Shown here one piece after another: positions 51,030-64,000 of a stretch of 64,000 nt of DNA. A program made the translations under genes and the position numbers. The stretch is from Octopus vulgaris. Taxonomy: Eukaryota. The notes beneath the pieces are model-generated. The model was not told where the DNA came from. It saw only the letters and a list, made by a program, of their open reading frames with translations, and did no database searches. Where the stretch lies: NCBI GenBank assembly GCA_951406725.2, contig OX597820.1, positions 14,260,001 through 14,324,000 on the forward strand. Direction: 5' to 3'. Within the stretch, counting starts at the first letter, position 1; each line of letters starts with the position of its first letter.

Positions 51030-54000
51030 TAACATCCGTTTTCCTTGCTAGCATGGGTTGGACATCTTGATACAAGCTGGTCAGTCCTGGAGCTGCACCA
51101 GTCTCCATTATCTGTTTTGGTATGGTTTCCACAGCTGGGTGCCCTTCTTAAGGTCAACCACTTTACAATGCGTATTGGTTGCTTTTTATGTGACACTAGC
51201 ACCACTGCTTTTTACATGGTATTAATAATAATGATGTTGATGATGATGATGATAATTTCATTTATTTGCCACCAGAGAAGGATGAGGAGGATGATACAAA
51301 ACAGACATAATAAAAAATATCATCTCTGTAATCCCCAAAACATTTCTCTCTCTACTCACCAAAATATTTTAATCTGCAAATATTACCAAAAATACTTCGA
51401 AGTGTACATAACAGTAAAGACATTTTACTGCCATCTTAAGACCACACTATCGTCTTGCAATCAAATTACTTTTAAAACAAACTTGTAATTTTCTTATGTT
51501 TTCTTGAACATTCTCTAGAACAATACTCTGTGCAAAACCTAAAATATGTCACCCTAGGCATAACACCAACATGAACTTCTAACATGTTGTCTCTTGAGGT
51601 CTCTGGGTGAGACTTGGAGTCAACTTTCTCCAAATATAAAGCAAAAGCCAAGCAAATAATAATAATAAGATTTGATTTTGCTTCTCTTCAAGAGAGGCAA
51701 AATCAAATGTATGGGGGAGGTTATGAAGCAGATAGAAGGGATGGGCTATAAGTACTGGGAGATTTGGGAAATGGATAAATTGATGGAGAAAGAAGTCATC
51801 ATCATAATTTAGCATTTGGTTTCCATGCTAGCATGGGTTGGACGATTTTTGAGTGAGAGATGGCGAACCAGATGGCTGCACCAGGCTCCAGTCTTGATCT
51901 GGCAGAGTTTCTACTGCTGGATACCCTTCCTAACGCCACTATGCCCTTCCTAATGCCAGGATGCCCTTCCTAATGCCGTGACAGAAACAACAGAAAAATG
52001 TCAGGTGGAGTACTTGTGTAGACTGAGACAGAGCTTAAAGTCGAAATTAAATGAAGATTGTGCCAATTATTGTTGGGTCCTTGGGAACAGTATCAGAAGG
52101 TGTCAAGAGGAATATAAAGGAAATTGGAATAGAGTTCCCAGTAGAACTGTTACAAAAGGTTTGCCTCCTTGGCATGGCCAGAATAATCAGGAAAGTATTA
52201 GATAGCAGAAAAGAAAGGGTAGCATGGTACTGTAGGCTGCAGGTAGCAAGCTCCAACAAAACTTGTGATAAAGAGAAATAATAATAATATAGACTCCCTC
52301 GAATGTCAAGGGAGATCCTCAGATGTAGTAGACAGTTTCTGTTACTTAAGTGAAGAACTAAGTAGTGGAGGAGGTTGTTCTGAAAGCCTAACTGCTAGAA
52401 TAAGAATAGGCTGGGCAAAATTCAGAGAGCTGCTACCTCTATTAGTAACGAAGGTCCTCTCCCTGACAATGAAAGGCAGATTGTATGATTCCTGTGTACA
52501 AACATCTATACTACACAGCAGTGAGATATGGGCTGTGACTACTGAGGATATGCGAAAGCTTGAAAGAAATTAAGCCAGTATGCTCCAATGGCTGGGTAAT
52601 GTCAGTGTGTTTATACAACAGAATGTAAGTGATTTAAGAGAAAAACTTGAGTATAAGAGGCATCAAATGTAGTATGCAAGAGAGAAGACTGCGCTGGTAT
52701 GGCCATGTGATGCATATGAATGAGGACAGTTGCATCAAGAGGTGCTGATTTCTAATTGTAGAGAGAATATGTTCTGAGTTCAAATCTCGCCAAGGTTGAC
52801 TTTATCTTTCATCCTATTGGGGTCAATTAAACACATACCAGTTAAACCCTAGAGTCAATGTAATCGACTTAATCCCTTTGTCTGTCCTTGTTTGTCCTCT
52901 CTATATTTAGCCCCCTGTGTGCAATAAAGAAATAATTATCTTTTATAAATTCTGGTATTTCATTTTTTATAGGCGCAGGAGTGGCTGTGTGGTAAGTAGC
53001 TTGCTTACCAACCACATGGCTCCAGGTTCATTCGCACTGCATCAAGAGGTGCTGATTTCTAATTGTAGAGGGAACATGTGGAAAGGGTTGTAGCCCCAAA
53101 TAGATGTAGATGAAGTGGTGAGAAAGGATCCACAGGCATTGGGACTCAGAGGGGATGATAGGGAACTGAGACTCTTGATGCTTTGCTGTGCTTGAAACAA
53201 GACCACAAGACTCATCCCCTGCAACCCTCTCCAGCTGAGCATTTCTAACTTTGCAAACTCTCAGGTGCTAGTGCCACATAAAAAAGCACCTGTACCAGTG
53301 CCACATGAACACACCCATGCTGGTGCTGTGTAAAGGCATCCAGTACATTCTGTAAAGAGATTGGCATTTGGAAGGACATCCAGCTGTAGAAACCATGCCA
53401 AAGCAGACATGGAGCATGAGCAGCTCTTCCGATGGTAAGCTCCTTTCAAAACTATCCAGCCTATGCCAGCATGGAAAATGGACACTAGATGATGATGATG
53501 AGATGATATGTGTAGTTGTGAGCCCCGGTCTGTTAGCACATAAAAAGCACCATCCGAATATGGCTGATGCCAGTGCCGCTTTGACTGGCTTCCATGCTGG
53601 TGGCACGTAAAAAGCACCATCCGATTGTGGTCGATGTCAGCTCCTCTGGTCCCTGTGCCAGTGGCACATAAAAAGCACCCACTACACTCTTGGAGTGGTT
53701 GGCGTTAGGAAGGGCATCCAGCTGTAGAAACACTGCCAGATCAGATTGGGGCCTGGTGCAGCCTCCTGACTTCCCGGTCGAACCATCCAACTCATGCCAG
53801 CATGGAAAAGGACATTAAACAATGATGATGATTTGATATATATACTTTTTGGAACAGTGGAGCTTGAAGTGTGTAATGCTATAAATAACAGTGTGCAAAA
53901 ATTGGCTTCCTTCAGCTCTTTGTATTCCAAAGGGATTTTCAAGCCAACATTTACATGCTCTTATTTGTAGCTTTAAGTGTGCTTCGAGATTCACTATTCC

Positions 54001-54378
54001 AAAAAAGAATTATTTCATTAATTCTCTAGAAAGTTTATAAATTCTTGTATCGACAATATATCATCATCATCATCAATTACCATCTGCTTTCCATGCTGGC
54101 ATGGGTTAGGTGGTTTGACTGAAACTGGTAAGCCGGAGAGCTGCACCAAGTTCCAGTCTGATTAGGCATGGTTTCTGCGGCTGGATGCCCTTCCCAACAC
54201 CAACATTCCAAGAGTGTAATGGATGCTTTTTACATGTCACCAACATGGGTGCTGGTTACATGACATTGGTGTTGGCCACAGCTGTGAATTCACTTGCTTT
54301 GACAATTCTTCTCAAGCACAGCATATCACTAAAGGTCTCAGTGTCTTGTCATCGCCTCTGTGGCAGTAGCGCTTGTAA

Positions 54379-54752
54379 GTGGAAGCGCAATGGCCCAGTG
54401 GTTAGGGCAGCGGACTTGCGGTCGGAGGATCGTGGTTTCGATTCCCAGACCAGGCATTGTGTGTGTTTATTGAGCGAAAACACCTAAAGCTCCATGAGGC
54501 TCCGGTAGGGGGTGGTGGCGACCCCCTGTTGTACTCTTTCGCTCCAACTTTCTCTCACTATTTCTTCCTGTTTCTTGTCCCCAACTTCCTACGGAACCGC
54601 TGAGCCTGGATGCGCATTCATCCATCCATCGATGCTCTCGGTGTCGGGGGTTGACCTGCTTTTTCTTCTGCGGGTCTTACAAATAGCAAAGGACCACGTT
54701 TCGGACTTCTCCCACTGGGACGAAGACCGCTTCGCTCAACAAACAAACAAGC
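54379..54752 (+). mobile_element. tRNA-derived SINE (family E) with TSD
   Basis: TGGCCCAGTGGTTAGGGC...GGTTTCGATTCCC head, (CAAA)n tail, TSD AGCGCTTGTAA at 54368-54378 and 54753-54763. Confidence 0.82.
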
Positions 54753-55479
54753 AGCGCTTGTAATATTGTCATGTAAACATTAAAAAACAAAAACGAAACA
54801 GAGCAAAAACAAGGATTTCACATAGAAGCATGAAGGACGCATATCTAGTTTTTCTAAGTTGAGGGTAAATTAGAAGTTGTGACATTCATGCCATTTCCGA
54901 GAGCAGCAGAATGTTAAATTAAAGCTGCAGCTAATGACAACCAGAATATAAGAACACAAGAATAGCGAAATGAAACGAGCTAAAACAAATAAGAATATGA
55001 TATATTGCTTGCTAACTGAATGAAAATTTAATGGCAGTAACATATAAATCAAACTTGAATATGTATATTGTCTGCTAGTTCCGAGTGTGCCAATAACCAT
55101 TGACTCGGTTTAATTGGAAACATTTGTGATTCAAATATATACACAATCAAACAGTTGTATATATCATTAGTTCAGATCAAAGGGGAAATTTCACAGAGTC
55201 TTTCTCCAATAATTTATTTTCTAATTCATTCAAAAGAAACAGTTTTGGCTTCTAACCAAAAGAAATAGCTTTGACTTTGTCAGGCTTCCTTGGTGAATGT
55301 AGAACAAATATAAAATAATGTGAAAAATAGAAAAATAAAATGAGATTAAAACGGTTTTAATACAATACACTTGCTGTACTGAAAAACGATGCTCTCTGGA
55401 TGGCCTTGACCTTGGAGGCTAACATGAACTAAAGAACTAAAGAGGGGTATGCTTACTTACACATGCCTGTACATATATA

Positions 55480-56215
55480 CACTCACTCACATACATACAT
55501 GCACAAATGCATGCATATACATACACATACAAAAGCATCAACACATCCACCCATATATGCATATATACATACTTACATGCATACATACACACATACGTAC
55601 ATAGAGACATACATATATACACACATCAATCAATCAATACATACAAGTACATTTACATGCATACATACATATATATACTCATACACATACATACGTACAT
55701 GCACAAATGCATGCGTATACATACATACACATACAAAAGCATCAACGCATCCATCCATATATGCATATATACATATATACATACTTACATGCATACATAC
55801 ACACATACGTACATAGAGACATACATATATACACACATCAATCAATCAATACATACAAGTACATTTACATGCATACATATATATACTCATACACATACAT
55901 ACGTACATGCACAAATGCATGCATATACACACACACACACATACAAAAGCATCAACGCATCCATCCATATATGCATATATACATACGTACTTACACACAT
56001 ACACAGACATATATATATACACACATCAATCAATCGATAGATATGTACATACATGTACACTTACATGCATACATATATACACTTACACACATACATACAC
56101 AAATGCATGCATATACACACACATATGAATGCAAAAGTATCAACACATCCATCCATATATGCATATATACATACATAGAGATATACATATCAAAACACAT
56201 CAATCAATCAATACG
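55480..56215. repeat. ~210-bp microsatellite-derived tandem unit (~3.5 copies)
   Basis: caaaagcatcaac.catcca.ccatatatgc recurs at ~55530, 55735, 55944, 56132. Confidence 0.8.
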
Positions 56216-56639
56216 TGCATACCTGTACACATACATACACACACACACACACATACATATATATATACACACACATACATGCATACACACAGTCATAAAC
56301 ATGCACACATATCGTACTCATGCACATAAGTATATATAGCCATACATGCACACATACATGCATACACATTCATCTATATGCACACACATACATACACACA
56401 TCCATCCATACATACACATGTTTATACACATACTTACATACATAGATATGTACGTACATAAATGCATATATAGGTGCAGGAGTGGCTGTGTGGTAAGTAG
56501 CTTGCTTACCAACCACATGGTTCCAGGTTCAGTCCCACTGCGTGGCACCTTGGGCAAGTGTCTTTTACTGTAGCCTCGGGCTGACCAAATCCTTGTGAGT
56601 GAATTTGATAAACAGAAACTGAAAGAAGCCCGTCGTATT

Positions 56640-56722
<83 letters not shown>

Positions 56723-58440
56723 ATATGTTTGTGTGTCTGTGCTTGTCCCCCCAACATCGCTTGACAACCGATGTTGGTGTGTTTACGTTCCCGTAACTTA
56801 GCAGTTCAGCAAAAGAGACAATAAGTACTAGGCTCACAAATAAGTCCTGGGGTTGATTTGCTTGACTAAAGGCAGTGCTCCAGCATGGCCTAAGTCAAAT
56901 GACTGAAATAAAAGAATACATACATACATGAATACATGCACACACACACACACACACATGCATATATACACATACATTCATACACACATATACATACATG
57001 CATACATATGTATGTACACATAGATACATGCATACACATACATATATGCACACACACATACATACATTCAAACATAAATGCATGTACACACACACACATA
57101 CATACATACATGTATGCATGCACACACATACATACATGCACACACACACATACATGCACACACATACATACATATACACACACACACACATACATACTTA
57201 CAAAAGGTCATAATGTTGGAAAATAACAACTACAGCAGTAAGAGAAACAACAACAACAACAGCACTTGCACTTAAAGATATTTATGACAAAAGCTGCGCA
57301 GTTAAGTGCATGCGTATTGTCTTTTTGTTTTAATTTGTGTCACGAAAATATTTTAAATTACTAATCTCTTAGGCAAGGTTTACAGCTCTCAAAAAAAAAC
57401 AAAAAGCAAAAAGGTCTTATAAAAAAATCTTACAGGTCATTGTGGTAGACACAGGTCATTGTGATAGGTATAAGTCTGGTCAGAAGTTTGCTTCCCAACC
57501 ACAAGGATCCAGGTTCAGTCCTACTGTGTGGCAACTTGCTACAGCCGTGGACTGACCAATGCCTTGTGAGTGGATTTAGCAGAGAGAAACTGAAACAAGC
57601 CAGTCGTATTCTTTTATTTGTTTCAGTCATTTGACTGTAGCCATGCTGGAGCACCACCTTTAGTCAAACAAATCGACCCCAGGACTTATTCTTTGTGAGC
57701 CTGGTGCTTATTCTATCGGTCTCTTTTGCCGAACAGCTGAGTTACGGGGACATAAACACACCAACATTGATTGTCAAGCAATGTTGCGGGGACAAACACA
57801 GACACACACACATACACACACACATACACACACACACATATATATGATAGGCTTCTTTCAGTTTCCATCTACCAAATCCACTCACAAGGCTTTGCTCGGC
57901 CTGAGGCTAAAGTAAAAGACACTTACCCAAGTTACCATGCAGTGGGACTGAACCCAGAACTATGTGGTTGATAAGCAAGCTACCACTCCTGCACCTTTAG
58001 ATGGCCGATGCCAGACCCCTCTGGCACCTGTGCAGGTGGCACGTAAAAAACACCCACTACACTCGCGGAGTGGTTGGCGTTAGGAAGGGCATCCAGCTGT
58101 AGAAACACTGCCAGACTAGACTGGAGCCTGGGGCAGTCCCTAGCTCCCCAGACCCCGGTCGAAACCGTCCAACCCGTGCTAGCGCGGAAAACGGACGTTA
58201 AACGATGATGATGATGATGATGATGATATATATAGAGAGAATTCACAAAAAGAAATAAAAGATGAAGACATACATACATACACACACACACATACATACA
58301 TACATACATACATACGTACATACATACAGATAAACATACATGCATGTATACATACACACACACACACACACACTCACACACACATACATACATACATACG
58401 TGCATACATACATGCATACATACAGATATACATACATACA

Positions 58441-58474
<34 letters not shown>

Positions 58475-58819
58475 CATACATACATACATACATACATACA
58501 TACATACATACATACATACAAAAGGTCATAATGTTGGAAAACAACAACTACAGTAGCAAGGGAAGCAACAACATATATCACATGACTTTTGGCAGACGAT
58601 TCCTTGGATTTCAAATAAGCATTATCATCATCATCGTCATTTAACGTCTGTTTTCCATGCTGGTATGGGTTGGACAGTTTGACAAGAGCTGGCCAAGCTG
58701 GAGGGTTGCACCAGGTTCCAGTTGTCTGTTTTGACATGGTTTCTACGATTGGATGCCAACCACTTTACAGAGAGTACTGGATGTTTTTTTTTATTTGGTA
58801 TCAGCCCCAGAGCTTTATA

Positions 58820-61800
58820 TATGGCCCCAGCAGAGGTGTTTTATATGTGGAACCAACACGGGCACTTTTCATGTTGCACTAGCACGGGTGCTTTATATGT
58901 GGCACCAACATGGGTGCCTTTCATGTGGCACCCGCACAGATACTTTATGTATGGCACTAGCATGGGTGTTTTATAAGTGGCATAAGCACGGGTGCTTTAT
59001 ATGTGGCACCAACATGGTTGCTTTTCATGTAGCACCAGCACAGGTGCTTTATATGTGGTACTAGCATGGGTGTTTTATATGTGGAACCAACATGGGTGCT
59101 TTTCATGTAGCACCTGCACAGGGGCTTTATGTGTGACACTAGCATGGGTGTTTTATATGTGGAACCAACATGGGTGCTTTTCATGTAGCACCTGCACAGG
59201 GGCTTTATGTGTGACACTAGCATGGGTGTTTTATATGTGGAACCAACATGGGTGCTTTTCATGTAGCACCAACACAGGGGCTTTATGTGTGGCACTAGCA
59301 TGGGTGTTTTATATGTGGAACCAACATGAGTGCTTTTCATGTAGCACCAGCACAGGTGCTTTATGTGTGGCACTAGCATGGGTGTTTTATATGTGGAACC
59401 AACATGAGTGCTTTTCATGTAGCACCAGCACAGGTGCTTTATGTATGGCACTAGCATGGGTGTTTTATATGTGGCACCAACATGAGTGCTTTTCATGTAG
59501 CACCAGCACAGGTGCTTTATGTGTGACACTAGCATGGGTGTTTTATATGTGGAACCAACATGAGTGCTTTTCATGTAGCACCAGCACAGGTGCTTTATGT
59601 GTGGCACTAGCATGGGTGTTTTATATGTGGAACCAACATGAGTGCTTTTCATGTAGCACCAGCACAGGGGCTTTATGTGTGGCACTAGCATGGGTGTTTT
59701 ATATGTGGAACCAACATGAGTGCTTTTCACGTAGCACCAACACAGGGGCTTTATGTGTGACACTAGCATGGGTGTTTTATATGTGGAACCAACATGAGTG
59801 CTTTTCATGTAGCACCAACACAGGGGCTTTATGTGTGACACTAGCATGGGTGTTTTATATGTGGAACCAACATGAGTGCTTTTCATGTAGCACCAGCACA
59901 GGTGCTTTATGTGTGGCACTAGCATGGGTGTTTTATATGTGGCACCAACATGGTTGCTTTTCATGTAGCACCAACACAGGGGCTTTATGTGTGGCACTAG
60001 CATGGGTGTTTTATATGTGGAACCAACATGAGTGCTTTTCATGTAGCACCAACACAGGGGCTTTATGTGTGGCACTAGCATGGGTGTTTTATATGTGGAA
60101 CCAACATGAGTGCTTTTCATGTAGCACCAGCACAGGTGCTTTATGTGTGGCACTAGCATGGGTGTTTTATATGTGGCACCAACAGAGGTGCTTTTCATGT
60201 AGCACCTGCACAGATGCTTTATGTGTGGCACTAGCATGGGTGTTTTATATGTGGAACCAACATGAGTGCTTTTCATGTAGCACCAGCACAGGTGTTTTAT
60301 GTGTGGAACTAGCACGGGTGCTTTATATGTGGCACCAACATGAGTGCTTTTCATGTAGCACCAGCACAGGTGCTTTATATGTGGCACTAGCATGGGTGTT
60401 TTATATGTGACACCAACAGAGGTGCTTTTCATGTAGCACCAGCACAGGTGCTTTATGTGTGACACTAGCATGGGTGTTTTATATGTGGAACCAACATGAG
60501 TGCTTTTCATGTAGCACCAGCACAGGTGCTTTATGTGTGACACTAGCATGGGTGTTTTATATGTGGAACCAACATGAGTGCTTTTCATGTAGCACCAGCA
60601 CAGGTGCTTTATGTGTGACACTAGCATGGGTGTTTTATATGTGGAACCAACATGAGTGCTTTTCATGTAGCACCAGCACAGGTGCTTTATGTGTGACACT
60701 AGCATGGGTGTTTTATATGTGGAACCAACATGAGTGCTTTTCATGTAGCACCAGCACAGGTGCTTTATGTGTGACACTAGCATGGGTGTTTTATATGTGG
60801 AACCAACATGAGTGCTTTTCATGTAGCACCAGCACAGGTGCTTTATGTGTGGCACTAGCATGGGTGTTTTATATGTGGAACCAACATGAGTGCTTTTCAT
60901 GTAGCACCAGCACAGGTGCTTTATGTGTGACACTAGCATGGGTGTTTTATATGTGGAACCAACATGAGTGCTTTTCATGTAGCACCAGCACAGGTGCTTT
61001 ATGTGTGGCACTAGCATGGGTGCTTTACATGTGGAACCAACATGGTTGCTTTTCATGTAGCACCAGCACAGGTGCTTTATGTGTGGCACTAGCATGGGTG
61101 TTTTATATGTGGAACCAACATGGTTGCTTTTCATGTAGCACCAGCACAGGTGCTTTATGTGCGACACTAGCATGGGTGTTTTATATGTGGAACCAACATG
61201 AGTGCTTTTCATGTAGCACCAGCACAGGTGCTTTATGTGTGACACTAGCATAGGTGTTTTATATGTGGAACCAACATGAGTGCTTTTCATGTAGCACCAG
61301 CACAGGTGCTTTATGTGTGACACTAGCATGGGTGTTTTATATGTGGAACCAACATGAGTGCTTTTCATGTAGCACCAACACAGGGGCTTTATGTGTGACA
61401 CTAGCATGGGTGTTTTATATGTGGAACCAACATGAGTGCTTTTCATGTAGCACCAGCACAGGTGCTTTATGTGTGACACAAGCATGGGTGTTTTATATGT
61501 GGAACCAACATGAGTGCTTTTCATGTAGCACCAACACAGGGGCTTTATGTGTGACACTAGCATGGGTGTTTTATATGTGGAACCAACATGAGTGCTTTTC
61601 ATGTAGCACCAGCACAGGTGCTTTATGTGTGACACTAGCATGGGTGTTTTATATGTGGAACCAACATGAGTGCTTTTCATGTAGCACCAGCACAGGTGCT
61701 TTATGTGTGACACTAGCATGGGTGTTTTATATGTGGAACCAACATGAGTGCTTTTCATGTAGCACCAACACAGGGGCTTTATGTGTGACACTAGCATGGG

Positions 61801-64000
61801 TGTTTTATATGTGGAACCAACATGAGTGCTTTTCATGTAGCACCAGCACAGGTGCTTTATGTGTGACACTAGCATGGGTGTTTTATATGTGGAACCAACA
61901 TGAGTGCTTTTCATGTAGCACCAACACAGGGGCTTTATGTGTGACACTAGCATGGGTGTTTTATATGTGGAACCAACATGAGTGCTTTTCATGTAGCACC
62001 AGCACAGGTGCTTTATGTGTGACACTAGCATGGGTGTTTTATATGTGGAACTAACATGAGTGCTTTTCATGTAGCACCAGCACAGGTGCTTTATGTGTGA
62101 CACTAGCATGGGTGTTTTATATGTGGAACCAACATGAGTGCTTTTCATGTAGCACCAGCACAGGTGCTTTATGTATGGCACTAGCATGGGTGTTTTATAT
62201 GTGGCACCAACATGAGTGCTTTTCATGTAGCACCAGCACAGGTGCTTTATTTGTGGAACTAGCACGGGTGCTTTATATGTGGCACCAACATGGGTGCTTT
62301 TCATGTAGCACCCGCACAGGTGCTTTATGTGTGACACTAGCATGGGTGTTTTATATGTGGAACCAACATGAGTGCATTTCATGTAGCACCAACACAGGGG
62401 CTTTATGTGTGACACTAGCATGGGTGTTTTATATGTGGAACCAACATGAGTGCTTTTCATGTAGCACCAGCACAGGTGCTTTATGTGTGACACTAGCATG
62501 GGTGTTTTATATGTGGAACCAACATGGTTGCTTTTCATGTAGCACCAACACAGGGGCTTTATGTGTGACACTAGCATGGGTGTTTTATATGTGGAACCAA
62601 CATGAGTGCTTTTCATGTAGCACCAGCACAGGTGCTTTATGTGTGACACTAGCATGGGTGTTTTATATGTGGAACCAACATGAGTGCTTTTCATGTAGCA
62701 TCAGCACAGGGGCTTTATGTGTGGCACTAGCATGGGTGTTTTATATGTGGAACCAACATGAGTGCTTTTCATGTAGCACCAACACAGGGGCTTTATGTGT
62801 GGCACTAGCATGGGTGTTTTATATGTGGAACCAACATGAGTGCTTTTCATGTAGCACCAGCACAGGTGCTTTATGTGTGGCACTAGCATGGGTGTTTTAT
62901 ATGTGGAACCAACATGAGTGCTTTTCATGTAGCACCAGCACAGGGGCTTTATGTGTGGCACTAGCATGGGTGTTTTATATGTGGAACCAACATGAGTGCT
63001 TTTCATGTAGCACCAATACAGGGGCTTTATGTGTGACACTAGCATGGGTGTTTTATATGTGGAACCAACATGGTTGCTTTTCACGTAGCACCAACACAGG
63101 GGCTTTATGTGTGACACTAGCATGGGTGTTTTATATGTGGAACCAACATGAGTGCTTTTCATGTAGCACCAACACAGGGGCTTTATGTGTGGCACTAGCA
63201 TGGGTGTTTTATATGTGGAACCAACATGAGTGCTTTTCATGTAGCACCAGCACAGGTGCTTTATGTGTGGCACTAGCATGGGTGTTTTATATGTGGCACC
63301 AACATGGTTGCTTTTCATGTAGCACCAGCACAGGTGCTTTATGTGTGGCACTAGCATGGGTGTTTTATATGTGGCACCAACAGAGGTGCTTTTCATGTAG
63401 CACCTGCACAGATGCTTTATGTGTGGCACTAGCATGGGTGTTTTATATGTGGAACCAACATGAGTGCTTTTCATGTAGCACCAGCACAGGTGCTTTATGT
63501 GTGGAACTAGCACGGGTGCTTTATATGTGGCACAAGCATGGGTGTTTTATATGTGACACCAACAGAGGTGCTTTTCATGTAGCACCAGCACAGGTGCTTT
63601 ATGTGTGACACTAGCATGGGTGTTTTATATGTGGAACCAACATGAGTGCTTTTCATGTAGCACCAGCACAGGTGCTTTATGTGTGGCACTAGCATGGGTG
63701 TTTTATATGTGGAACCAACATGAGTGCTTTTCATGTAGCACCAGCACAGGTGCTTTATGTGTGACACTAGCATGGGTGTTTTATATGTGGAACCAACATG
63801 AGTGCTTTTCATGTAGCACCAGAACAGGTGCTTTATGTGTGGCACTAGCATGGGTGTTTTATATGTGGAACCAACATGAGTGCTTTTCATGTAGCACCAG
63901 CACAGGTGCTTTATGTGTGGCACTAGCATGGGTGCTTTACATGTGGAACCAACATGGTTGCTTTTCATGTAGCACCAGCACAGGTGCTTTATGTGTGGCA
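58820..64000. repeat. 78-bp satellite made of three diverged 26-bp monomers; runs off the window
   Basis: CATGAGTGCTTTTCATGTAGCACCAG / CACAGGTGCTTTATGTGTGACACTAG / CATGGGTGTTTTATATGTGGAACCAA. Confidence 0.97.

Noticed and set aside
54379-54455. Genuine tRNA gene
   Set aside because: The tRNA-like head continues into a SINE body with a tail and TSD.
58957-62694. 1245-aa Cys/His-rich ORF resembling a zinc-finger or repeat protein
   Set aside because: The 78-bp unit is divisible by 3 and has open frames on both strands; there are no unique termini or C2H2 spacing, and the array grows out of a retroelement.

Overview
Repeat-dominated eukaryotic DNA, most likely a large intron or intergenic region. 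The tRNA-derived SINE families resemble octopus SINEs as I recall them; this is not database-checked. No intact host gene is visible, only a few weak candidate micro-exons. Nearly all long ORFs in the track are translations of microsatellites or satellites. Recognisable elements are: a 5'-truncated Penelope-like retroelement (RT + GIY-YIG) forming a ~6.9-kb fold-back palindrome with a hammerhead ribozyme (HHR) near each outer end; a mariner pseudogene interrupted by a 5'-inverted RTE-type LINE with a 12-bp TSD; a 2.3-kb tandem duplication; RTE and R4/Dong-like LINE fragments; Helitron-like and hAT-like non-autonomous elements; many SINEs; and a 78-bp (3x26) satellite at the right end. The main observation is about 12 type-I HHR motifs in about 8 sequence families. 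Apart from the two in the Penelope element, they lie in short non-coding, microsatellite-embedded elements with partial-tandem and/or head-to-head fold-back architecture. This points to a diverse system of non-autonomous, ribozyme-bearing retroelements probably mobilised by Penelope-like enzymes.
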